Below are positions 49,526 through 58,270 of a stretch of DNA of 64,000 bases, in pieces. The notes beneath the pieces are model-generated. The model saw only the letters and a list, made by a program, of their open reading frames with translations, was not told where the DNA came from and made no database searches. Position numbers and translations under genes: made by a program. Source of the DNA: Gemmatimonadota bacterium (lineage in GTDB: Bacteria > Gemmatimonadota > Gemmatimonadetes > Gemmatimonadales > GWC2-71-9); NCBI GenBank assembly GCA_039588295.1, contig JBDHAB010000001.1:288001-352000 (forward strand). The letters are read 5' to 3'. The number at the start of each line of letters is the position of its first letter. Positions within the stretch are counted from its first letter, which is position 1.

Positions 49526-50611
49526 TCACATGCTGACCGGTGTCGGCGATTCGAGGGCCGGCTTGGACCACTGGCCTCCGGCCAGCCGCCGGAAGTACCA
49601 CCGGACCAGCTGATTGCTCGGTGCCACGAGCCGTGTGGTGAGGAGCGTCCGTGCGACTTCCCCCCGAGTGATCTTGACCTTGTGTGTCGGGTCGAGCAGG
49701 CGGTCGTCTCGCTCGGCTAGCCGGAGGGTTCGTGCGGCGAAGTAGAGTGAGGTCAAGCAGAACAGCCGCACTCGGTACTGGGAATGTCCCAACGTCGTTG
49801 AGTATTCGAGCGCGTCCAGCAGGTAACCCTTGGCCTTCTCGATCAACAGGTGCATGACCTGCCGTGCAGACTCGTGGTGCCGAGCGTCGTGGAGGGTCTC
49901 GGGTGTCACGCCGGCCAGTTGACAGAGTTCCTGCGGCACGAAGCTCCACCCCCGGCTCCGATCGTCCGCGACGTCCTTGATGATGTTCGTGAGTTGAAGC
50001 CCCAACCCGAAGCTCGTCGCCAGCGATTTGAGCTTGACGTGCCGTGCCCGATTGCCGGCTCCGGCGTGCAAGTGGAACAACTCGGTCAACAGGTGTCCCA
50101 CGGTGCCCGCCACGAAGTAGCAATAGCGATCGAGTTCCGCGACGGTCGCAAGTGCCTCGAGGTGCTCGCCGTCCGACGCCTTTGTGCGGAGAGCGAACTC
50201 GGCCATCCCCGCGCACATCTCTTGGACGTGTGGACGGACTGCGCCCTGCTGCGACTCCGAAAGGCGGCGGAACTCTCGCAGCACCGCGTCGGCGTCGCGT
50301 GCCAAGATCTCCTCATCGGTCGCCGCCTCCGCGAAGGCCGCACGGAGACGATCTGCTCGGAGATCACCCGGGCCGAGACAGCGGCTGAAGGCTTCCAGCA
50401 GGCGCGACTTCTCCAGGGGGTCGAGGCGGATGCTGTCCTCGATCGTATCAGCAACTCGACAAAGGAGGTACGCGACCAAGACAGCGTGGTCCAGCCGAGA
50501 CGGCAGCAAACGGATGCAGATCGCAAAGGTGCGGGAGACCTTTGGCAGCATGTCGATGCAGAAGGCGCGGTCGTCCGCCTCCGAGCCGAGCTGGCCGGGT
50601 GGCTGCATCAC
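49526..50611 (-). CDS. Squalene/phytoene synthase family protein
   Basis: [28 protein letters not shown] and [12 protein letters not shown]. Confidence 0.88.
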   Translation of the reverse strand: MMQPPGQLGSEADDRAFCIDMLPKVSRTFAICIRLLPSRLDHAVLVAYLLCRVADTIEDSIRLDPLEKSRLLEAFSRCLGPGDLRADRLRAAFAEAATDEEILARDADAVLREFRRLSESQQGAVRPHVQEMCAGMAEFALRTKASDGEHLEALATVAELDRYCYFVAGTVGHLLTELFHLHAGAGNRARHVKLKSLATSFGLGLQLTNIIKDVADDRSRGWSFVPQELCQLAGVTPETLHDARHHESARQVMHLLIEKAKGYLLDALEYSTTLGHSQYRVRLFCLTSLYFAARTLRLAERDDRLLDPTHKVKITRGEVARTLLTTRLVAPSNQLVRWYFRRLAGGQWSKPALESPTPVSM

Positions 50612-51096
50612 GGCAGGCGCCCCGCAACCCTGCCCGAAACGGCAGAGCGGATCCGTTGGAGCAGCGTATCGCCGGGATGTCCTGGTGGGACCATCATCTC
50701 GTTTTCACGACGTGGCAACGACGGATCGAGTGCTCTGACGACGACCGCTTCTGACACCAACCGGGTTTCCCCACGTCCGAGAGGATCCGCGAAGAACCGC
50801 AATAGCACGACCCTCTGAATGTCGCCCGCACTGGGGCTCACGGTCTGGCGCGAGTCCACGTTATACCATTCCGTTTCGAGATACCCCTCGCTCGGGCTCA
50901 CCAAGCGAATGCCCAATCCTTCTGCCGTCACCAAAGCTGCGAGTTCGCCGATGAGGTCCTGAGCCTCAGTGTCCACGGTGTCGACCGGCGCCTCGGGAAG
51001 CGGTGTGAGGTAGGGCCGAGCGTTGACGGCACCGCAGCCGATCGCAACCAGAGTCAGCGCTGCCGCAGCAAGGGTGAGATGTCCTCTCATGCTCAC
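50608..51096 (-). CDS. Hypothetical lipoprotein
   Basis: Lipobox AIGC; GYLETEW motif; operonic overlap with the downstream gene. Confidence 0.7.
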   Translation of the reverse strand: MSMRGHLTLAAAALTLVAIGCGAVNARPYLTPLPEAPVDTVDTEAQDLIGELAALVTAEGLGIRLVSPSEGYLETEWYNVDSRQTVSPSAGDIQRVVLLRFFADPLGRGETRLVSEAVVVRALDPSLPRRENEMMVPPGHPGDTLLQRIRSAVSGRVAGRLP

Positions 51097-51105
51097 CGAC
51101 GGACC

Positions 51106-51693
51106 TCACTCGTGCTCGTGCGCTGGGGTTCCTGGAGGGTCGACGTGGCTCGTACTCTCAGCGGGAGCGGTCGCCTCGTCGGCGCCGGTGGCATCTCCCT
51201 CTCCCGGAGCAGGGGTGTGACTCGCTGAGCGTTCGGCCAGGGCGCCTTCCAGCACCTGCGTGGGTATCCCGCCCCCATAGCCGTAGACAATGACTCCTCC
51301 CACGTGCGCGGTCCAGAGTAGCCCGAGGGCGCCAACGGTGGCGATCGCGAGAAACGCGGGACGCTCCCGCCGACCCATGCGCTCGCGCCGTCCCACGCGC
51401 CACGCCGCTAGGAGCACGAACAATACTGTGAACGAGATCGCCAAGGTTTCGTGACGCGTCATTACGAGGTGGACGCTGTCGCCGTGCTCGATCGTCTCTT
51501 CGGCGAGAAGTCCGGAGCCAACAGCGAGGATTGCACCGACCGCCCCAGTCGCGATAGTCAAGAACCCAGCTGCCTTCAGTGAGTCCCGCTTCGTGACCTC
51601 ACCGGCCAGCTCGAATCCCAGTCCCAGCAAGAAGAGTATGGATGGGAAATCGTTCAGGGTAGCGTGCCACTGAGCGGCGGTGTCTGGAAGCAT
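51106..51693 (-). CDS. DUF2231-type membrane protein
   Basis: WHATLNDFP, conserved His residues in TM segments (RHE, AHVGG) and a His-containing tail. Confidence 0.7.
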   Translation of the reverse strand: MLPDTAAQWHATLNDFPSILFLLGLGFELAGEVTKRDSLKAAGFLTIATGAVGAILAVGSGLLAEETIEHGDSVHLVMTRHETLAISFTVLFVLLAAWRVGRRERMGRRERPAFLAIATVGALGLLWTAHVGGVIVYGYGGGIPTQVLEGALAERSASHTPAPGEGDATGADEATAPAESTSHVDPPGTPAHEHE

Positions 51694-51746
51694 GGCTGAT
51701 TGTCAGATCCGTTTCGGATTTGGGTGTTGAAGAAGCGGCCGTCGAG

Positions 51747-52577
51747 TCAGATACCCAGACTCTTCTTTATTTCATCGGCGATGCGTCCGAACGCGCTCGA
51801 CCGTGGTCCGCGAGGGCCTTCGGGCGCCCGGACTTCGCCGTGCTCCAGCCGGTCGATTACCTGTTCGAGCGCCACCTGCACGCGCTCGACCTGCCCCATC
51901 CGGCGGCGAGCGACCATCGTACCCAGGACCGCTCCCAAGCCCACCGGAATGAGAGCGACGGGGAGCGCAACACTGAGCACGAGCCCAATCGCCGATGCGA
52001 CGGCACCTACTCCGGCAAGCGTCGTCGCCGCGGCCAGGTGGGACTGCCGCGTATTGGACAGGTCGGCGAGCAAGCGAACGTGGGCCCGTCCCTCCTCGAG
52101 GCGGGTCACCTGTCCCACTACCTCCTTGGCGCGCGCCAGCCGATAAGGCCGACCCCCGACCTTGAACTCCCGTCTGATCGAGGAGAAGACATCCTGTCGG
52201 GCCTCCCACGATGTTCGATCGGGAAACCGGCGTTTCACGGTCAGCAACTCCCCATCGGTCATCCAGTGGTTCAATGCCGACTGCAAGCCGTCTGCCATCC
52301 CGGCGATGGTCCGTTGTGCCGCCACGCGTTTGGGTCCCGTCAGTTGGCGGACCAGCCCCCGCTCGATGGGGACAACCGCTCGGGTTCGCTCCTCCTGCAA
52401 GGCCTGCTGGAGATAGGTGGTGGGAATCCCGACTTCATGCCCCAGTTCCATGAGTTGGTGTTCCGTGAGACCGTCACCGATGTCCCGTTCGCCGGTTTGA
52501 AGTTCTGCCGCGCGTCGAACAATCCGCTCGAGTGCCGACCGGTCAATACGCGATCTGTCGGGAACGAGCTGATTCAT
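51747..52577 (-). CDS. Hypothetical membrane-associated protein
   Basis: [11 protein letters not shown]...LGHEVGI N-terminus and a C-terminal TM hairpin; GGAGG RBS. Confidence 0.7.
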   Translation of the reverse strand: MNQLVPDRSRIDRSALERIVRRAAELQTGERDIGDGLTEHQLMELGHEVGIPTTYLQQALQEERTRAVVPIERGLVRQLTGPKRVAAQRTIAGMADGLQSALNHWMTDGELLTVKRRFPDRTSWEARQDVFSSIRREFKVGGRPYRLARAKEVVGQVTRLEEGRAHVRLLADLSNTRQSHLAAATTLAGVGAVASAIGLVLSVALPVALIPVGLGAVLGTMVARRRMGQVERVQVALEQVIDRLEHGEVRAPEGPRGPRSSAFGRIADEIKKSLGI

Positions 52578-52614
52578 CTGCCCCTCCCCCGTCCTTCCGG
52601 GCCACAGGGCCCGG

Positions 52615-52864
52615 CTAAAAGGCCTCGACGACCACGGCGGCACCTTGGCCGCCACCGATACACGCTGAGCCTATACCATACCGCTGCTTCGCCCGCCGCA
52701 GGGCGTGCAATAGATGAATAGTGATGCGTGCGCCGCTCGCTGCCAACGGGCGCCCAATGGCGATCGCCCCCGCGGACATTTGTGCGCTCCCGGTCGAGGC
52801 CGAGCTCCCGTTGGACCGGAACATGTTGTGTGGCGAAAGCCTCGTTGACCTCCACTTGGTCCAT
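52615..52864 (-). pseudogene. Truncated, frameshifted thiolase (C-terminal remnant)
   Basis: EVNEAFA...TNVRGG in one frame continues as [15 protein letters not shown]...SACIGGGQG in another. The N-terminal domain is absent and the GHP His is replaced by Arg. Confidence 0.8.
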
Positions 52865-52879
52865 GTCCTCCGATGCAGG

Positions 52880-53971
52880 CTATGACCGGGCGATGCAATC
52901 AGCGATCCATGCACTGACTTCGACCGTCGACGCGGTCCCGCCAAGGTCGGGTGTCGTCCTGCGCACTGCGATGGCGGATTCGACCGCGTTGACGAGCCGG
53001 TCTGCCGCTGCCGGACACCCAAGCTGCTCGAGCATGAGTCCGCCGGTCAGGATCGCCGCCATGGGGTTGGCGATTCCCTTGCCCGCCATCGGCGGAGCGG
53101 AACCGTGGACCGGCTCGAACAGTCCGGTCTGCCCTGGGTGGAGATTGGCGCTGGCGGCGAGTCCCAGTCCGCCCACAAGCTCGGCGCCGAGGTCGGAGAG
53201 AATGTCGCCAAACAAGTTGTTCGTCACGATCACCTGAAACCGCTCGGGGGCTCGCACCAGCTCCATTGCGAGGGCATCTACATATCGGTGCTCGCGCTCG
53301 ATCTCGGCATACTCCTCTCCGATCTCGGCAAAGAGGCGCTGCCAGAGGCGGTGAGCGGGTACGGCGTTTGCCTTGTCGCACAAGGTCACCCGGTGTCTGC
53401 CGTGCGCCCGCGCCCATTCGAAGGCCGCGCGGACGATGCGGCTCACCCGGGGGGCGGTGTTGATCTCTTCCGCGATCTGTACTTCAGCCGGTGAGCCGAC
53501 GTTCGACGCACTGCCGCGCGCCAGATAGATACCTTCGGTGTTCTCACGAAAGATGACAAAGTCGATGTGCGGTTCGGCATCCGGGTCCGCACAACCCGGC
53601 CGTTGAGACGGTGGCTTCAACGGGCAGAGCTGTGGATGGAGCAGCCGGCAGGGCCGGAAGTTCACGTAGAGATCGAGCCCGACTCGCATCCCCAGCAGGA
53701 TGTCTCGCGCATGCTCGTTTTCAGGAATGCGTGGGTCTCCGAGTGCACCGAGCAAGATTGCGTCGAATTCGTCGCGCAGCCGGTCCAGCGTCCCGCTGGG
53801 CAGCGTTTCGCCAGTTGCGAGGTAGTGGTCCGCACCGTAGGGCAAGCGGTCCCAGGTGAAAGTGATGTCGTGCGCTGCTCCGGCCGTCTCGATGACGGGC
53901 AGCGCGGCCTCAACTACCTCCGCCCCGATGCCGTCACCTCCAATGACCGCTACCCTGAAGTGATCGGCCAC
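52880..53971 (-). CDS. Isocitrate/isopropylmalate/tartrate dehydrogenase family enzyme (LeuB-like)
   Basis: [26 protein letters not shown] and FEPVHGSAP. Start GTG 53971. Confidence 0.9.
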   Translation of the reverse strand: MADHFRVAVIGGDGIGAEVVEAALPVIETAGAAHDITFTWDRLPYGADHYLATGETLPSGTLDRLRDEFDAILLGALGDPRIPENEHARDILLGMRVGLDLYVNFRPCRLLHPQLCPLKPPSQRPGCADPDAEPHIDFVIFRENTEGIYLARGSASNVGSPAEVQIAEEINTAPRVSRIVRAAFEWARAHGRHRVTLCDKANAVPAHRLWQRLFAEIGEEYAEIEREHRYVDALAMELVRAPERFQVIVTNNLFGDILSDLGAELVGGLGLAASANLHPGQTGLFEPVHGSAPPMAGKGIANPMAAILTGGLMLEQLGCPAAADRLVNAVESAIAVRRTTPDLGGTASTVEVSAWIADCIARS

Positions 53972-53975
53972 CGCT

Positions 53976-54647
53976 CTATCCGCGGGTGGGGTGACCGCAA
54001 GCGAGGCAATAGCTCCATTCCGTTTCGAGGGACTCACCGCACTGGCGACACTGCGTCGTGCCGAGGCGGTGCCCACACCACGGACAGAACTCCGCCTGGC
54101 GCCGCGCGGGAAGCTCGCTGGCGCATTGGGAACAGCGAGCCACGGGCTCGACGGGCTCGAAGACGAGCGTGTTCGCCGCGGGTTCTTCGGGAGGGTTCGG
54201 GGGTGGTGGCGAGGTCCGGCTCTCGCCTGCACTCATGGGAACCTGGACAACCGATTCGGCGACGGCGGGTGGAGCATAGGCCTCGTCCTGATTGAGAATG
54301 CCGCGCACCGCGTCACGGTTCAGCATGACTGTCGCAGCCGCGTACTCGCGGAAGGCTCCCGGTGTGGGGTTCGGCAATTGGATTTCTTCAGCCAAGACGG
54401 TCTGCACGTCGACGGGCTCGAGCGATGCGTAGTCGTGTTCGCCTGCAAGGAGGCGTAACACGGCCATCTCGTAGTCCTCGATCGAGTCGAAGGCGAGCTG
54501 TCGCTTGTGAGTCCGGTAGGGGATGATCCGCTGATAGAGCTCCGAGACCTGAAACGGCTTGGTCAGATGGTCTGGTGCAGCAGTCGCCAGGTGACTCACG
54601 AGATGACGAAACAAGCGGTCAACAGCGTCCATTGGTGCCAATCTCAC
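53976..54647 (-). CDS. Double zinc-ribbon domain protein
   Basis: C-terminal CSQC, CPWC, CRQC and CLAC knuckles. Confidence 0.75.
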   Translation of the reverse strand: MRLAPMDAVDRLFRHLVSHLATAAPDHLTKPFQVSELYQRIIPYRTHKRQLAFDSIEDYEMAVLRLLAGEHDYASLEPVDVQTVLAEEIQLPNPTPGAFREYAAATVMLNRDAVRGILNQDEAYAPPAVAESVVQVPMSAGESRTSPPPPNPPEEPAANTLVFEPVEPVARCSQCASELPARRQAEFCPWCGHRLGTTQCRQCGESLETEWSYCLACGHPTRG

Positions 54648-55144
54648 TTCCAGGCGTCAGCCCATCGGTCGTACAGGACGGGGGTGACTCCGGCTGACGA
54701 GAGCAGTTCGACCCCGCTGGGATCACGGTACAGTCGCCGATAGAACATGTGAGTGACACCGGAGTTGATCATGAGTTTAGCGCACATCACGCACGGGCTG
54801 TCGGTGAGGAAGACCACCTTGTCGCGCACGCTCCCCGGCGCTTTCACGAGTGCATTGACCTCTGAGTGAATGCAGCCACAGCTTCCCGGAACCGTTGAAT
54901 CACACTTGTTGGGAAGCCCTCTGGCGTTTCCGTTGTACCCGATCGCCAAGACGTTTTCCAGGCTCGCGTCCGTGACGACGGTGCCAACCTGGAGTCGTAT
55001 GCACGTCGAGCGTTTCGCGAGTTCCTCGGCCATCCGCATGTACACTTCGTAGAGCGGAATTCTCTCGAGCTGGGGCTCCGCGCCATTCGGGAGCAGGTTG
55101 AGCGGGTGAGTGTTCGCCTGAATGCCGTCCTTGTAGGCGGTCAT
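54644..55144 (-). CDS. dCMP deaminase family (ComEB-like)
   Basis: RSTC...VG, GYNG, HSEVNAL and SPCVMC. Confidence 0.88.
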   Translation of the reverse strand: MTAYKDGIQANTHPLNLLPNGAEPQLERIPLYEVYMRMAEELAKRSTCIRLQVGTVVTDASLENVLAIGYNGNARGLPNKCDSTVPGSCGCIHSEVNALVKAPGSVRDKVVFLTDSPCVMCAKLMINSGVTHMFYRRLYRDPSGVELLSSAGVTPVLYDRWADAWK

Positions 55145-55755
55145 GCGGGTGTGCTCAGGGTTGCCTCGAGGTCGACGAAGTCGGCTTCGGGGTCGTATTG
55201 GACGAACTGCCCGCGAGCTTGCCGCTCTGCCAGCCATTCTTCGAAGCGAGACGGGATCGCTCCAGCAGAGTGGACTTGCTCGCCAGCCGCCCACATGGCG
55301 AGGTCGTTGGTGTACTCGTTCTTTGGGTGTCCCGCGTGGCCCCGGACCCACCGGAAGACCGGGTCATGTTGGGCCGTCGCTTGCACGAGCTTCTGCCACA
55401 GCTCGAGGTTTTCGATTTTCCCTCCCTTGCGACGCCACCCACGTGCCTGCCAATCGGGGATCCACTCGGTCATGCCTTTGACTAGATACTCCGAATCTGA
55501 TACGTAGGCCGCGCGAAATCGATTGCCCTTGGAAGCGAGGAGGGCGAATGTGGCGATCGCACCCGCCAGCGCCATGCGGTTGTTCGTCGTGTCCGGAGCA
55601 GAAATGTACACGTCACGCCGCACGAGTCCGTCGGGCGTCCGGACCTCGATCAGCGATGCCGCGCCTCCCGGATTCGGCCCCTCCTGGCCGTTGCGAAGAC
55701 AGCTCTCATCCGCGTGGACGAGCGTGAACCGGAACCGCGGTCTACGCGCGGGCAC
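55141..55755 (-). CDS. rnhA: Ribonuclease HI (atypical active site)
   Basis: ADESC..N...NPGG, TTNNRM, SDSEY...G..EW...W..RGW and WVRGHAGHP.NE. Confidence 0.88.
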   Translation of the reverse strand: MPARRPRFRFTLVHADESCLRNGQEGPNPGGAASLIEVRTPDGLVRRDVYISAPDTTNNRMALAGAIATFALLASKGNRFRAAYVSDSEYLVKGMTEWIPDWQARGWRRKGGKIENLELWQKLVQATAQHDPVFRWVRGHAGHPKNEYTNDLAMWAAGEQVHSAGAIPSRFEEWLAERQARGQFVQYDPEADFVDLEATLSTPA

Positions 55756-56824
55756 CGACGACCTCGATGGTTCCCGCCCGGCCGCTCACGACGTCGCCCA
55801 CCAGAGCAGCCGCGGGTATCCCCTCCTCTCGGAGCGCTGCGAGGAGTCGATCCACGGACTCTGATGCCACGGCGACCAGGAGCCCACCCGATGTCTGTGC
55901 ATCACAAAACGTCGTTCGGATGGAGACGTCGATGCTGGGCTGCCAATCGGTGTAGTCGGAAGCGTCGTCGAGGTTTCGGGTGGTGCCACCTGGAACAGCT
56001 CCTTGGCCGATCAACTCAGCGGTGCGCTCGAACACCGGCACCTCGGGTGCGTATAGCCGGGCGGCGACCCCACTTGCAGAGAGCATGGTGTGGAGGTGAC
56101 CGAGCAGCCCGAATCCGGTGATGTCCGTGGCGGCGTGAACCGCCGTACCCAACCGGCCATTGGCCGCCATAGCGCCGGCGTTCAGGGTCGTCATGGAACG
56201 AATGGCCGCCGCCATCTCGCCCTCGGTGATCAGCTCACGCTTGAGGCCAGTGCTGAGGATGCCCGTGCCGATGGGCTTTGTCAGCACCAATCGGTCACCG
56301 GGCCGGGCCCCCGCGTTGGTCGTCAGGCGATCAGGATGGATCTCGCCGATCGCCACCATGCCGAACTTGGGCTCTCGATCCTCGATGGAATGCCCGCCGA
56401 GCACGAACGCGCCAGCTTCCCGGATCTTGTCGACCCCGCCTCGCACCGTTGTACCGAGCAGCTCCAGCAGCTCCGGGTCGCGAGGCCACGCCACGATGTT
56501 GAGCGCGAACAGCGGTGTTGCCCCCATCGCATACAGGTCACTCAGCGCGTTTGCCGCCGCGATCGCGCCGAAGGTGTAGGCGTCGTCCACAATCGGCGTA
56601 AAGAAATCCACGGTTGCTGCAAGTGCACGGTCCTCCGTCACACGATACACCGCCGCGTCGTCGCGACTGAGCGCGGCGACGAGGACCTGTGGATCGTCCA
56701 CAGTCGGTAGGTGACGCAGGACCTGCGTCAGTTCGGCAGAGCCGAGTTTACAGGCTCAACCGGCGCCGTGAGACAGCGCGGTGAGCCGGATGCGCGGCCG
56801 CTGGTCGCGGGGGCCGTCCGACAT
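55742..56824 (-). CDS. selD: Selenophosphate synthetase, selenocysteine-containing
   Basis: ATG 56824 with AAGGAG RBS reads MSDGPRDQRPRIRLTALSHGAG-(TGA at 56756-56758)-ACKLG, in frame with DDAAVY, TVDFFTP, ANALSDLYAMG, TDITGFGLLGH and DAQTSGGLL. Confidence 0.95.
56712..56730 (-). promoter_or_regulatory. Putative SECIS hairpin
   Basis: TGACGCAG-GTC-CTGCGTCA 8-bp stem whose G-containing loop lies about 34 nt 3' of the in-frame UGA. Confidence 0.65.
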
Positions 56825-57183
56825 TACCTCTCCTTCATCGAGAGTGAGGTCCAGAGAACTCGAGCCCGGACAGTACGGAGCTCGGATAGCTAAAGGTAGC
56901 ACCGCACACTCCGGTTCAGGGCGCGTGAGCGAGCAGCAGGGTTCGGAGCGCGGTCAGTGCTTGCTCCTCGTTGGCCGGCGGGTTGACGGTACCACTGGCT
57001 CGCACATCTTGCGCCCACCGACCGACGATGCGCGCAGCTGCGGCTCGCACGGACGGAGCGGAAGGGGTAAGCAGCAGCTCCAGGGCATGAGGGTGGTGGC
57101 GCAAGGAGGCCAGCCTAACATCTGGCCCATTGATCGCCCCGAACGGTCATCGGACGACCGGATCCTGGCGGCCCCGGGGCGAG

Positions 57184-58251
57184 TCAATCGTCGGCCGTCA
57201 AGAGCCCTCGCGCCACAGCGAGCTCAGCGAGGAGAATCGCGCCACCGGCGGCACCGCGGATGGTGTTGTGAGACAGGACGACGAACTTGTAGTCGAACAG
57301 CGGGCACGGCCGCAGCCGGCCGATCGATGCCGCCATCCCGCCGTCGATGTCGCGGTGCAAACGGGGTTGAGGTGCCGATTCATCGGACAGATAGCGTACC
57401 GGCTGCGTCGGCGCAGTGGGGAGTCCGAGGGATTGTGGCTCGGAGACGAACTCGTTCCAGACCGAGATGAGCTCATTCGGCGCGGCACGCGTCTCCAGGG
57501 CGACGGAGACGCATTCTGTATGACCGTCGACCACAGGCACCCGATTGCAATGCGCACTCACCACGACGTCGGCGTCGCGAACGTGATCACCCGAAAGCTC
57601 GCCGAGGATCTTGCGGGTCTCGCGCTCCATCTTCTCTTCCTCGCCCCCAATGAACGGAACGACGTTGTCCATGATCTCCATACTCGCAACCCCCGGCAGG
57701 CCGGCCCCCGAGATGGCTTGCATGGTCACCACGTTCACCCGGCGTACGCCGAAGACGCGGTGCAGCGGACCGAGTGCCAACACGAGTCCGATGGTCGAGC
57801 AATTGGGGTTGGTGACGATGGCGCCGGGGCCAAAGGACTGCGATCGAACGAGATCGAGATGATCCGGATTGACTTCGGGTATGATGAGAGGCACGCTCCG
57901 GTCCATGCGATGATTTCGGGCGTTAGACACCACGAAGTGTCCGGCGCCCGCGAAGGCTCGTTCGACCGGCCCGGCTACCGAAGCATCCAGCGCAGAGAAC
58001 ACGAGCCGGCACCGGGATTCGGGCTCCGTCGGCTCGACTGTCATGTGCGCCACGGACGCGGGAATCGCGGTCGGCTGAACCCACGTTGCCGCCTCGCGGT
58101 ACGGTCTTCCCGCCGACCGCTCGGACGCCATGAGGGCCGCAGTCTCGAACCACGGGTGCCCGTCGAGCAACGCGACCATTCGCTGGCCCACGCTTCCGGT
58201 TGCCCCGAGCACCGCCACGGGAATCCGCGCTCGGGGTTCTGATTGGGTCAT
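57184..58251 (-). CDS. asd: Aspartate-semialdehyde dehydrogenase (archaeal/fungal-like subgroup)
   Basis: GATGSVGQR, PEVNPDH, NPNCST, QAISGAG, EEEKM and HNTIRGAAG. Confidence 0.93.
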   Translation of the reverse strand: MTQSEPRARIPVAVLGATGSVGQRMVALLDGHPWFETAALMASERSAGRPYREAATWVQPTAIPASVAHMTVEPTEPESRCRLVFSALDASVAGPVERAFAGAGHFVVSNARNHRMDRSVPLIIPEVNPDHLDLVRSQSFGPGAIVTNPNCSTIGLVLALGPLHRVFGVRRVNVVTMQAISGAGLPGVASMEIMDNVVPFIGGEEEKMERETRKILGELSGDHVRDADVVVSAHCNRVPVVDGHTECVSVALETRAAPNELISVWNEFVSEPQSLGLPTAPTQPVRYLSDESAPQPRLHRDIDGGMAASIGRLRPCPLFDYKFVVLSHNTIRGAAGGAILLAELAVARGLLTADD

Positions 58252-58270
58252 AGGAGGTTCCTCCCCACCA

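Noticed and set aside
56916..57140. Small ORF between asd and selD
   Set aside because: No convincing start, RBS or recognisable motif. It may be a gene relic but cannot be supported.
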